Program-made: the position numbers and the translations under genes
The notes under the pieces: model-generated
Databases searched by the model: none
The model's input: only the letters and a program-made list of their open reading frames with translations
Told to the model about the DNA's origin: nothing
Assembly: GCA_030704615.1 (NCBI GenBank)
Contig: CM060732.1
Span: forward strand, 60,760,001-60,824,000
Source of the DNA: Takakia lepidozioides
Lineage: Eukaryota > Plantae > Bryophyta
DNA length: 64,000 nucleotides
Reading direction: 5' to 3'
Shown here: positions 51,112-63,270 of the stretch, in pieces
Numbering within the stretch: position 1 is the first letter of the stretch
Layout of the letters: each line of letters begins with the position of its first letter

Positions 51112-52833
51112 ATGACGGTTACCAAGCTCTACATTGTGTACGTGTTACTCATATTTCACATATACTACATTTTGTTTCAAACTCTTCTGTTGTTGTTGCT
51201 GCCAGCGTTTTGACACTTTTGTTGTCATTGATTCCAATGTCGATGTTGATTAATGTTTCTGCTCATCTTTAGTCGGTTTCCACTTTGGTGTTTGATTGGT
51301 TGACTACCATGGCTGTTCTTGTTTATCAACATATGATATGGCTCTCTCCCGGCCTCTCTTTTTCTTCTCTTTCTCTTAGCTGGCTACCTCTCAAACGTGA
51401 GCTCAGATTTTACTAGGTTCTCTATTTGATGTTCATTCTTAACACATTGTTGTGTGATTGAGTTGTAGTCCTAGCCATCCCTGGCTCCTTCCTGACAACG
51501 CATCTTCTTCGTCATTTCTGTTACCAAATATGGTAGTCTGATTCATTTCATGGTGATTGATTATTCTCGTTGTTTTGAAACATTTACGAGGATTTGTTTA
51601 GCATTTTGCTGTTATCGACTCTGTTCTTGTTTGTTGGCACATTGAATACTTGGAGTCATCTTGCACTCGGGTTCAGTTGGTTCCAAGTGATTTGTTGGTT
51701 GAATCTCATAGCAATTTGATGATCGCATGTGAAATGTGCAGGTACTACTCCATGTATGGTCATGTGGAGAAGCTTGCACAGGAGATCAAAAAGGGTGCCA
51801 GCACTGTGGAAGGAGTGGAAGCCACCCTCTGGCAGGTTTGGTCCTGTCTTACCTGTATTTGTCATTTCTTGCAAAGAGAAGTGTATTGTATTGTCAAAAA
51901 TACATGACTTCTGAAGCATTTGTTTTCCATTGACCTTGTGTATCCCACAAAGATTTGAGGAGTCAAAAAGTTTAAACTGATCAGTTTTCAAGTAGTTTAG
52001 AAGTCTTGATCAAACTGGACAGTTTGGTTGTGTTGTTTTGTTGAATAAACAAAGTCAAAGTCACTGTGCGCCAAATTAGTAAATCCAAGCACTTGAGGGT
52101 GTTGAAAGTATTGAAAAAACAGGAGAGCAGATTGTGAAGGATCCGAACACCGATAAGCTGATAATTCGATGATGGCAGGTGCCAGAGACATTGCCATATG
52201 AGGTTCTAGCGAAGATGGGAGCACCTCCAAAGTCTGAAATTCCAGTTTTAGAGAGCTCGCATTTACCAGAAGCTGATGGTTTCATTTTTGGGTTCCCAAC
52301 GCGCTATGGGATGATGGCTGCACAGTTCAAGGCCTTCTTCGACACCACCGGGGGTCTCTGGCAAAAACAGGCACTGGCAGGCAAACCTGCCGGCATCTTT
52401 TTCAGCACTGGCAGTCAGGGTGGCGGGCAAGAGACAACCGCGTAAGCTTGTCACCCTTTGAACAGTATTGTGATATTGTGTCTTTGTAGGATCATATCCT
52501 GGTTCAATACATATCCAAGGGGTGCCTAGAGGCAAAACTGTTTCTTCGTCTTTCTGTTTTACTTTACTCAAATCACACCTGACCAGACTATAATGACGAC
52601 TTGCCAGGTTGACAGCAGTAACACAATTGACACACCATGGCATGGTATTTGTGCCAATCGGCTACACATTTGGGGCAGGAATGTATGAGATGGAACAAGT
52701 GAAGGGCGGATCACCCTATGGTGCAGGCACGTTTGCTGGTGATGGAAAGCGCCAGCCAAGCAAGCTGGAGTTGGAGCAAGCTTTCCACCAGGGCAAGTAC
52801 ATAGCAGGCATCACCAAAAAGTTGAAGCACTAG
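51112..52833 (+). CDS. FQR1: Flavodoxin-like NAD(P)H:quinone oxidoreductase (FQR1/WrbA family)
   Basis: Exons 51112-51137, 51742-51835, 52179-52441, 52608-52833. [66 protein letters not shown]. Confidence 0.95.
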
Positions 52834-53088
52834 CTTCTTTGTCACCTTGTTGCTTTGTATAGTTCTTGTTGTAGCTCAGTAGATTCAAGGAGATGCATTG
52901 GCATCTTCCCTAGCCACAACATTGATCACTTTACACTGCCACCAATTCAATAAGGTGGACAATCTCTTCATTTTGTGAATTTTCTTGCACTCCAAATTGC
53001 AGCTTGAAAGAGTAAAGAAGATCGAGGACTTGCATTACCTCCACACAAATGAGAATTGAGCACCGGATCTTGGGGATTAACCATGTAG

Positions 53089-54972
53089 TCAGGCCCCAGC
53101 TATGCGTTTTCGTTCATACCTTTCACATACCACACAAACAGAGGTAAATGAGGCATCAGACGCCCCAGTTACAATGCCTCCACCCTCCAAGACCGTTCTC
53201 ACATAGTCTATTGCAGCTTGTGTCAGAACTTCCCCAGGAGCAATGACTGGAATGCCAGGAGGATATGGACACAGCAGCTCTGCACTCACACGCCCTACAG
53301 CATCAGCAAGCTCCACCCTCTCATTTTCTGCAAAAAAAGCCTCCCTTGGGCTTAGCGCAACCACCTGACCCCATAGCCCAGGCAAGAGTGTTCCACTCTC
53401 ATTGATTGCATAAGCAGCACAATCTTGGTCCCTTTTGATGACATTATGTTTTGGGGCCAAGGGACCGGTTTGCACAAGTCGGGCAGAGAGGGCTGACAGA
53501 GAATCGATCAACCGTTGTATGTCGCGCGGGCTTGTGCCAGCGCTTATGGCAAACGTGAGAGACAACAGTGAAGGAAGCTCAGCCACCACTCCGAACTCTA
53601 GTCGCAGAATATCGTCTGCTTCAAACCCTGTCATGCCTAACCTCCAAAGGCCCACCGTGATGCGCAAAGGATCTATCCCAGCTATTGCTCCCTCTGCCGC
53701 TACCCTCTCGTCCACTGTCGACGTATCCAAGACCAACAGCCCCGGAATTTTCTGCAATGCATTTCTTGCCATCAATGCGAGGGAAACAGTGGCATCCAGC
53801 GTTGGATTTGTGGGCTCGGCCTCACCCATTTGAGCCCTCGCTGCATCCAACGATGCGAGGAGCAGGTAGCTGGGACTTGACGTCTGGAGAATCTGGAGGC
53901 ACTGTGCAACTCGGGCATAGCTCACGCGCGTGCCCTGGGCATGTAGCATGGCTGATTGTGTGAGAGAGCCCAGCACTTTGTGCGTGGATTGCACGGCTAT
54001 GTCCGCCCCTTGCTCCAATGCTGGCTTTGGAAGGCTTGCTTGAAACCGGAAGTGCGCCCCATGAGCCTCATCAACAAGGAGAGGGACTCCATGTTTGTGG
54101 CACACATGTGCTATAGACTCCACCATGCTGCAGACTCCGAAGTAGGTTGGAGATACAATAAGTACTGCCCCTACTCTACCACCTCCTCCCTCCACTTCAG
54201 ACAGAGCTACTTCCACTTGTTGCGCAATGACCCCGTGTGCAATTCCCCACCTGGAATCAAGGCTGGGCATCATGTATTTGGGGAGAGCCCCAGAGAGAGT
54301 CATGGCTGACACTGCTGACATGTGAGAATTTCTTGGAAGGACCAGGTAATCGCCAGGGGAACATGTGGCCATCACCGCTGCCTGGATGCCGCAGGTGGAA
54401 CCATTCACTAAAAACCAGGTGACATCTGCCCCAAACAAGGTCGCTGCCTTTCTCTGTGCATCAGCAATTACTCCCTCTGGTGCATACAGGTTATCCAACT
54501 CAGGAAGTTCCGGCAAATCGTGAGCAAAAGGAGCAGTCCCCACAAGGTTAGCCAAGAGTGGCGGGGCTGCTGCTCCGCGGCTATGGCCTGGAAAGTGAAA
54601 AGCTGCAGCATCCATGTCTGCGCACTCCTTAAGAGCATCCACTATAGGTGCAGTTGCACCTTCCTCCTCCTGCTCATTCAGGACGAATGAGTTGCATGAC
54701 CAGTCCATTTCAGATTCAACCCCTCTCGCTCTGCTGGTGTCATGTTTTCTGCCTTCTCCACACACTGTCTCTGAAAGACCCACCCTCCCCTCTCCTGTCA
54801 AGGCTCTACATTCCCAGCTCAGGGCCGCCCAATTCCTTTCTACCGGTTGCAACCTCAAACTGCTTGAGGGAGATAGATCTGCAAGCCAACGCTTCCTCGG
54901 ACAGCGAGAGATTTTGCTATTCGAGACGATTTTGACGGAATTCGGGTTCCTCCAAAAGATGGCTCTATGCAT
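53089..54972 (-). CDS. Bacterial-type PLP-dependent Orn/Lys/Arg decarboxylase (fold type I) with an N-terminal extension, intronless
   Basis: FHFPGHSRG, DLPELPELDNL, FLVNGSTCGI, PRNSHMS, SPTYFG, VDEAHGAH, QSTHKVLGSLTQ (PLP lysine), TSSPSYLLLASLD, PYPPGIP. First ATG is at 54972. Confidence 0.92.
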   Translation of the reverse strand: MHRAIFWRNPNSVKIVSNSKISRCPRKRWLADLSPSSSLRLQPVERNWAALSWECRALTGEGRVGLSETVCGEGRKHDTSRARGVESEMDWSCNSFVLNEQEEEGATAPIVDALKECADMDAAAFHFPGHSRGAAAPPLLANLVGTAPFAHDLPELPELDNLYAPEGVIADAQRKAATLFGADVTWFLVNGSTCGIQAAVMATCSPGDYLVLPRNSHMSAVSAMTLSGALPKYMMPSLDSRWGIAHGVIAQQVEVALSEVEGGGGRVGAVLIVSPTYFGVCSMVESIAHVCHKHGVPLLVDEAHGAHFRFQASLPKPALEQGADIAVQSTHKVLGSLTQSAMLHAQGTRVSYARVAQCLQILQTSSPSYLLLASLDAARAQMGEAEPTNPTLDATVSLALMARNALQKIPGLLVLDTSTVDERVAAEGAIAGIDPLRITVGLWRLGMTGFEADDILRLEFGVVAELPSLLSLTFAISAGTSPRDIQRLIDSLSALSARLVQTGPLAPKHNVIKRDQDCAAYAINESGTLLPGLWGQVVALSPREAFFAENERVELADAVGRVSAELLCPYPPGIPVIAPGEVLTQAAIDYVRTVLEGGGIVTGASDASFTSVCVVCERYERKRIAGA

Positions 54973-55494
54973 TATCTCCCCTTTCTTCAACCCAGCGTGC
55001 GAGGAGGAGTCCAGAATCTCTGTAAATTGCTTCTACAGCACAACTTGAAATTGACTGCCCTCTACTTCCCTTGCCTCTCATAACGTCTTATGAGTACATT
55101 CTCATGACGTAACCAACCCCAGACGAAGATCTACAAAGGACTGTGGAACCTGAGACAGCACAGCTCAAGTACAAGTCATCACAATGCAACGTATACCAAT
55201 TGCAGAAGCAGCTCGACCATGAAGCGCTGCTATCATAGTGATTGACAACGTTAGAGCAGGAGAGGGAGAACGGTAGGGTTCAGGGTTCTAGATGAGTTTA
55301 TAAATCCACACATTTTGAGTCTCTCCACGAGAGCTATTCCGTGCGCATGAGAGGCTACCTTACACGAGTAATCAGACTGCAAACCGCCACCATAGATTCC
55401 GTTAGAGCCAGCAATCTCGCAACCTGGGAGAACAGTGGGTGGTGCAGTGGTCACGAAGGGATGTGAATTGTGTCATTGTACCACCTAATCCAGA

Positions 55495-56135
55495 TGAGGC
55501 CACAGGGACACAGTGTATGGTTTAAGTAGTAACTTGTAATCAATTTGTCATGAGTCAACCAGTAATCAATTTGACATGAGGATTAACAGAGCAGAAGCCG
55601 TAATTGGGTAGGCGAATACAGAGTCTGTGAAAGTGTGTATTCCATGCAGTCTCTTCAGAAAGACCTCTTCAGCCTACTGTAGCTTACTATAGCTTTTGTT
55701 TTTCTCTAGCTGAGTAGCTTACTATAGCTTTTTGTTTTCTTCTCTTGTTTCTTGTTCCTCCCCCCCCCTTTTTGGGAACTTCACATCATATGCACGTTCA
55801 CCCATTGTACATGTTGCAAATAAAGTCTTACAGGGTTTCATCATCTTCAGCCAGTTTCTTTGTTCCTTGCACCACCTGACTGGGTATTGCGTCTCCACTA
55901 CCCACTCTCTTCTTCAGGAAAATCAGCTGATTTCTCCAGCTCGACAACGTGAGGCCACAGGGACACAGTTTATGGTTTAATAACTAGTTTAAGGATCAAA
56001 CAGTAATCAATTTGACATGAGAATTAACAGAGCAGAAGCTGCAATTGGGTAGGCGAATACAGAGTCTGTGAAAGTGTGTATTCCATGCAGTCTCTTCAGA
56101 AAGACCTCTTCAGCCAGTTTCTTGTTCCTTGCACT
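55495..56135 (+). repeat. Local direct duplication of about 170 bp
   Basis: 55495-55675 and 55950-56115 share GAGGCCACAGGGACACAGT...CAGTCTCTTCAGAAAGACCTCTTCAGCC. Confidence 0.85.
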
Positions 56136-56723
56136 ACTACCTTCAACTACCTTGTTTAGGTCAAAGTAACCCTCAACACAAAAGGCACATATCTGTTTGG
56201 AAATCAAGTTGGATTCTTGAGCAGTTTGCAAGCAAATAAAAGCCATACAGCAATTAGAGCTTATGGACAAAACAATGGAGGAAATGTTGAGAAAAGCGTC
56301 CTGCACCCACTGATATGAAGTGTTGGCAGCAAATGTACATAGAGACTTACTGTTGCAGCTAATGACACATGCCAAACTCAGAATGAAAACCCCATCTGCA
56401 ATATGTTTTGGCAGCTCTGACTATGATTGACTGGCCTGTAACCAAAGAAAGGCTTGACATACAATCTAATCACGAGTGACGTCACCTTGCCACCTCATCT
56501 ACATCTAGAGAGAGAGTAGACTGACCAAAGTCTTTGTGGTACTGCCCCTTTCGGGAGTGGTATCCAAGTCTAACGTAAAAACTGAGCATTATTGTACAGC
56601 AGTAGTACTAGACTGACAGGTGCAACTCAATGGAGGAAACAAGCACCTTGGATGACAGGCTAGCAAGTTCTCTAAGCCACGATAAAAAAGACAATACAGT
56701 GACTAACATTCCTAGTAAACCAG

Positions 56724-59326
56724 CTAATACTGAGGGTGGCCACCATGGTGCAAAATGAGGGTAGATCGATAGAGCGTAGCTAAGTAGAAGAGCACCATCA
56801 CGATCACCAACAGGTCATCCAGTAGACCCACCAATCCCAGCACTCCTGTCCACATACATTCCAGCAAACATGAGCACCACTCACTAAAACTCCACTTGGA
56901 ACCCTGCAAAGGCAACCTTTACAATCTTCACCCCCAAACACCAAGTGTATAGCCATACAGAATTGCATGGACTGTTTAATATTGGCTGCTTCTGAAACCC
57001 AAAGGATGGACCCATATTGCCCTACAATGCAAGTGATATACTTCAGCTTTAGGGAGACCTTAGTACTTTTATTTTGCTTTGGACCAAAGTGTCCAAAAAT
57101 TGTGTCACAACGGGAAAACGTACCCTCAGGAATAAAATCGAGAGGAGAGAAGACATAGCAAGCCAACAAAACCAACTGCACACAGCCATTCACCCACAAC
57201 AAATTAGATTGCATGCATGGGATGAAAAAAGTTTTTCTGTGGTCATCTATGCTCTTTCACATTATGGCAACAGGGTGCAAATAGGTGTGAAATGCATTTG
57301 CATGGCCCATCCAGTGGACACGAACATCAGCAACCCGGCCCTGGACTTTTAATGGTAAAGCAATCACACTCTGCTCTCTAATACCCCACACAAGCTCCAC
57401 ATAAAAAGATGGCAGGGTGGTAAGTGTACAAGAAATAAAATGCGGGTGCGGTGAACAAGGGGGATTGCTCGTTGCGGGTCCATCAACTCCCAAAGCATGC
57501 GACGCAGCAGTAAAGGCATATCACGCACCCTCTGAAACAATTTCGGCTTTGTTAGCATCATATCAGACCAGGACTCTTAATAGCTTAGATAGGTCACATG
57601 CAACCAACCATGCATCTCTAGAACCTGAGTATGATGCTGGTGGGGAAGAGCTTTGGAAACGCCATTGATGCTGCTATGGGTTTAAGGCCCTAGCTTCGAA
57701 CTAAATTGTTTTAATGGCTCACCTTTCCAGGCAAGGACTACCATCACAAGATTGGCACCACATCCCACTTTTGAGGGGCTCGAAACCCACTTCTATGCAG
57801 ATTGGCTTCTTGTAAGCTTCATATACTGGCACATCATCCACCTCTAGTGAGTCGAACATTTCTGGCATTTTTGGAGCTGGACAAGCAAATGGACCCCGAG
57901 CCTCAGCAATCTACTCAGGAGGGTGTAAAATGTGGACTTAAACTTCGAGTAAATTTCACTCCACAATGAACACAATGAGGGTTCCAGGTTGAGAGCTTAT
58001 TGAGGGAAGCTGCTGACAGTGATAACACAGTCCTCCCACAAGTTATCTTGCCAGAAATGGGACAAGCAAACCATACCGCCAGTCACAGGGAGATTTTGCT
58101 TATTAGAAGTAAACATAGAGAACAGGGAGCATGAGGGAGAAGACAAACAAGGTCAAGAGGGAAGTAGACACAGAAGGGAGGAGGGCTTGCCTGCAAGAAG
58201 CTGACAGCGCCTCCACCAAAAATCCGGTTGTATTTGGCAAGGTCACGCATGATGCGCTCAACATGTGGTTCTTGTTGTTGCGACTCCGAGATGACAGTAG
58301 GAATGAGCAGTGTGATGGCACGCCTGCAAATAGGACACTTGCATGGCTGCAGCGCCGAGCTGTGCTGCCATACCCTCAATATGCACTCTCCTGCCACATC
58401 ACTGCCATGTCAAGATCGCAGGAAAGAGTGCGGTAGCGGTAATGGTCTTGATGCATAAATGGCTATGAAATGCTGTTTGATCTGACAAATCTGCTGGATA
58501 TGTAAGTTTCAGGAGAACATACCACAGAACCAGTGAGCGCAGTTGGCCTGACAAGGCAGGGTGAAGGTGTCATGACAGACAGAGCAACAATCATTTTCCG
58601 GAGGGGCATTCATAAGTGATAAAAAGCTACTGTTTCCAGGCCCTTGGTCAAGGTCGCCCCTGCAATGTCCCCTCACCAGACTCCACACACCTCCAAACCA
58701 CCGTCTAAAAATATACACCCCCTCCTTCAGCAAAGTGAATGACTGCCTGCACTCATCATCCATGCACTTTATTCAGAGGAGAATCCAAGTTGAACCCTCA
58801 GGGCAAGGCCCCACACAATAGCCCGCCTTTGCTGGAAGGCAACTGGGATAAGGGCCAGCAATACAGGGTCAGCTTCAATTCCATGAGTTGGGAGTTTGGA
58901 AAAGGTTGTCATCAATGGATCATCTTCCATAAACATATGCCTCCAAATCACTTTACCTACTCCAAATCCTCTTCTTTGAGAGTACATATAATCCCTGTGT
59001 GCCTTCCTTTCCGAATATCTGTGAACTGCTCAGGAACCAGAAGGATTTCCTCCTTACTTTCGAGGTGCTTACTTTCATAAACAAACTTACAAACTACCTA
59101 AGTGTGCTTGAAAGAATGAGGAGGTCGCATTTATGGGTGTGGTAGCTTCCATACCAATCTGGACAGGAAGATGCTGTATTGAGAGGAAAGTATTTGGAGT
59201 GATAAAAGGGAGTGATAAAAGAGGACAATGAGAATACCCCAAGGAAGAGCGGCAGATGAAGACAAGGGGGGCGGCAACAAGTGCCGTATACACCAACTCA
59301 TCGCCCACCCCGTCTATTATGGGCAT
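56724..59326 (-). CDS. RNF170-like C3HC4 RING E3 ligase with a C-terminal DUF1232-type membrane region
   Basis: Exons 59326-59238, 58704-58523, 58390-58191 (GC donor), 57531-57430, 57175-57124, 56845-56724. CSVCHD..CQANCAHWFCGECI..CPICRR, YNRIFGG, YVFSPLDFIPEGVLGLVGLLDD. Confidence 0.9.
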
Positions 59327-60439
59327 GGTCTACAGTGACCCCTGGCTTTTGTATCGTTTGACCCAGCTCGTCGTGCCTTTGATAAACACCCCACCCACGA
59401 CGGGGGTGTAAAGCTTTCAGAAGTTGGCTGTCATAGCACCTGGAGTACATCCAAGAAGTGTAAGATGTCTCTCTATCTCTGCCCCCCATCCCCATGCTCT
59501 AATAGAGCACAGAATCAATAATCACACAACAAGCCGCCTGACGTTAGCAACCCCTAATTGAAAAAATGAACTCGTCAGCAATACACACTCTCTTGGATGT
59601 CCCATCCAACACCATTAGAGAGTGCCGACCTTTACCGACAAAAGTCTACTACTTCTTTTGCATCAGTTTCTACCACCCAAGGTACATTCTTCTCTGAAAC
59701 CTGGAGCCCAATTTAAAGAAGCTGCATCTTCACCCTGAGCTCGTGGACCGACAGAAGTCCCTATCCATCCCTAGCCAAACTTCCAAAGAGCACTGACATT
59801 TCGTGGAAGATGCCCTGTCTCTGAAAACGATCACACCACTGCCATATAAATCTACGTAACCTGTACCACTTGGCCGTTCCAACAATACCATATAGTTCCA
59901 AGCTGCCAATTGGTCAACACTGCTTTCTATATGCACATATCCGAGCAAAGACTCCCACCATCGCAGGCTCCAGAATTGGTTGCTTTATCCCGTTTCAACA
60001 ATTGAAAAGAAAGAAAATACATAGAATGAAGGAGGAGATACTGAGACGAGCACAGCGATCGCCAAGAAATTCGGGGACAAAGATACAGAAACAGGCTCAC
60101 AGAAGCACACCATCAGGCAGATCCACGACAAAATCAACAAAGAGAATACCTGCATGTTGTAGACTTGTTAAAAGGGCGACAGGAACAATCAAAGCTTAGA
60201 GGATGCAGGCACCATTGTAGAGCGCGCGAGGTCAGATCTTGGCTCCAGAGAGATGGTGGGCTCTGTTGTGCAACGGACATAGTCGTGCTTGCCCGGCCCG
60301 GCGCTTTGTTCCTTCGCCCGGGGATGCCCCTTCCAGGCAGCCCCCGCGAAGTTTCCGTTGCACTCCCCAAGTCTTCATCTTTTTTTTCTTTTTTTCATCT
60401 TGTTTTTCAGTGTTAGCTCTGTCCCTTTGGCAGGGCAGA

Positions 60440-61620
60440 AACTTTGCATCATGTTGAAGTCAATGGAGAAAATGTGGTCAATGGACCTTACACCGTGTCA
60501 AGAGTATGATTGGTCTAAAAAAGCTCTGAAGTATAAACCACATGGCAGCTTGTCAAAATTGTTGCTTCAATGGATAGAGCCTCTCGCGGTTTGCGGCTTG
60601 TTTTGTTTCGATTATTATTATTTTTACGGAACAGGGGACAGAGACCCTGGAAAATATATTGGAAGAAGTGGAAAAAGATGCTAGTTCAACCTCCATCAGC
60701 AAGCTGGGCCCAAATCTGTCAAAAGAGGAAGTTTGGTGGCCTTGGTGTGCTGGATCTGTAAGCACAAATAACTGCTCTTCTGGCTAAGTGGATTCCTAGG
60801 GTTTTCACCAACTTATCAAGCCCATGGAGTAGGCTGGTCAGATGCCATCTTGTTAATGCCACTCCCAGATCTAGCCCTATGTGGTCTCCCTCCCTGAGAT
60901 GGACAGTGCAAGGTGGAAGCCCCAACTCGAAACCTGGTATTGGTTCCAGGGCTTGGCAAACTATTTGGACAGCCTAGTGCAAGTTAAGAGGTTTTGTCTT
61001 CCAAACCAAACCTTCCTCCTCCGATGAAGTCATCAGGCAGCATCTTTTTGGTAATTTTAACCGTGACTCAGAGGATTTGGTTCAGTGTGTTGAGAGGTGG
61101 CCGCATTGGGAATCTACAGGTTTATCTCACATGCTGCATTTTTGGGATTCACAGAAACATGCTATCATTGACCCTGCAACAGCCTCACTTGCTCTTTCCA
61201 GCAGAAGACGAACCATGGGTTGGGATCTGGTCATTGGCAATCTACCTCCTTTCTGGACTGAACTCCTAGCCAGGAGGCATCATTTTACTCTTCCCAAATG
61301 GCTGGGGTTCTCTAATGGTGCACAGCTTGAAGCTCTAGTCTTCGCTTCCTCGAAGCTGGGAATCATTTCCGTGGTATCTGTTTCAATGTGCAGTCAAATG
61401 GACTTTTGACAAAACCTGAAGTGTTTTGGTTGCCTGATAGCTCTGAATGATATTTCAGTCAAATGCAGTTTGATTGGAAATTTTCATCTTTGCTGAATGG
61501 TCCTTGAGGGTAACTTGCATGTACAGAACTACTGCACTGTGTTCCCATGAGGTAGTTTGTTTGAGGGGTCATGTCTTGGTAGTGATCAGTATCTGCTATG
61601 TAAGCCAACGTCGAATGGTA
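60440..61620 (+). mobile_element. Degenerate L1-type LINE ORF2 fragment (post-RT region)
   Basis: ASWAQICQKRKFGGLGVLDL*AQITALLAKWIPR..SPWSRL, with stops and frameshifts. Confidence 0.7.
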
Positions 61621-61699
61621 TCCTTGAGCTACATAAGTTGTCACTTATTGATCTAGTCGCGAGCAATGATGCGTGGTTTAGGATCCGGTGATGATTCTT

Positions 61700-63270
61700 A
61701 GCCCACATACCTGCTATATCATCAATGGGTGAGTGAACTGTCTCTGCCCAGCCAAGGGAGTTGTAGAAACTGCCATGGGGAAACTTGAAAATCCGGAAGT
61801 AACAGTGGGAGAATTGACCAATAGGCTTTCCTTCATGACCGTTGTTGACACGGACCCATACCACATACTGCTTGGCCTTCATTTCTTGAAGAAGTTTGGG
61901 GCAGTAGTTGATACTGAGACGAAGACAATGAGGATAAGGTATGGACTCGGTTTGCCCACTTTCCTTTGCACACCATTAACCAAGTGGAGTATGAGGAGGA
62001 AGGTTCAAAGAAGATGTTCGATCGCAAGACTTGTTGTTTGTGAGTTACCAGAGCAAAATCACAGTTATGATGACATCATGGATGTCTCGGCTTCAGCATC
62101 TCTGTTGGATCTTGAAGTAAGGAGAGACCGTGAGCTCACTACATCCACTATAAGACATGGGGGCCAGGGTTAATTGGCGAAGTTGGGGTTAATTGGCGAA
62201 GTTGGGGTGACGCTGCGCAACGCCCCCATTTGGGGCAGGGTCACAGCTCCAGATTGCGACGTCCGGACGTCGTAGAGGCGTCGCACCCGAAACGTCACTA
62301 AAAACCGACGTCAAGGGGGTCGTAAAGTGACGCCGGCACGACTTGCGACGTACAGGCGTCGCAAAAAAAATGCCCATCCCCGGACCCAGCCCTAGCGTTG
62401 CTATAGCGCCATGTGCCCCCAGCGACATTTTGCGACGTCGGGGGATCGTAAAGCCCGGAATTTTTTATTTTTAAAAAAACATTGTGACCCCCCGGCGTCA
62501 CATCGTGCGAGGCGGGGCGCTGCTGAGGATGCCCGACGTTGGGGCTGCTGCGACTGCGACTCCCCAGCGTCGCAATTTCCGGCAGCTGCGACGCCCCAGC
62601 GGCGAGACGACGCAAACCCACGCCCCCCCACCCCCTTGCAGTAGGGGTCAAAGGAGATTCCAGTGATGAAACAGAGATTCAGGAGTGTGTGAAACAAGTT
62701 GGTAAAGCAGCCAAGATTTTGGAAGAGCAAGAAGCAGTGTTGGAGGATCAAGCTTTGTCTAAGCTTCTTGGGATGGAAGTACCAGCCAAATTGGCCTCAT
62801 CATTAATACAAGGAGCCTATGTCAAGGCATGGGAAGGGGAGCTGGCAAACACCAATGCAAAAATTGAAGACGACTTCCATGCAGATTGGAAACTGGTCAG
62901 TAGCCATGAAGGAGAGAGGGGGTTGAAAGATGATTTGAGCTGGCTCAATCAAATTGCCACAAATGGAGGTCATAATGAGGCAAGTATCCGTTGGCAGAAC
63001 TTGCACGCTAGGATCATGGCTTGCATGCTAGGATCATGGCTTGCATGAGTCAAGAACTGTCGGAGATACAGAAAAGGGATTTAGAGGGTTAGCTTCATCA
63101 AAACCAAGATGCTCTGCTCTTAGTAAGGAAGACCTAGGTTTTTGCTCGGTTGTTGAACATGTCATTGATACTCAAGGGTTTCCCCCTTGTATAAGTCAAC
63201 CCCAGTCGCTTGTCAGAGTGGGAAGAAGAAGAGATACAGACCAAAGTTATGTTGTTTTCTCTCGGGAGTT
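61700..63270 (+). mobile_element. Degenerate Ty3/Gypsy pol fragment (protease to pre-RT linker), interrupted by a GC-rich insert
   Basis: GVVETAMGKL..FMTVVDTDPYHILLGLHFLKKFGAVVD (retropepsin C-terminal half) and DLGFCSVVEHVIDTQGFPP (pre-RT motif). Confidence 0.65.
62165..62640. mobile_element. GC/CpG-rich insertion resembling a DNA-transposon terminus
   Basis: Starts CAGGGTT with a tandem duplication of about 20 bp (GGGTTAATTGGCGAAGTTG) and many GCGACG/CGTCGC motifs in both orientations. No partner TIR was found. Confidence 0.5.

Noticed and set aside
45612-54972. Functional plastid/redox gene cluster (OEP40-like, PsaH, FQR1, decarboxylase)
   Set aside because: No shared pathway or shared motif is visible, and the adjacency is explained by high gene density.
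53089-54972. Bacterial contamination or chimeric assembly
   Set aside because: The gene has a eukaryote-style N-terminal extension, host-like composition and flanking intron-containing plant genes, with no operon context.
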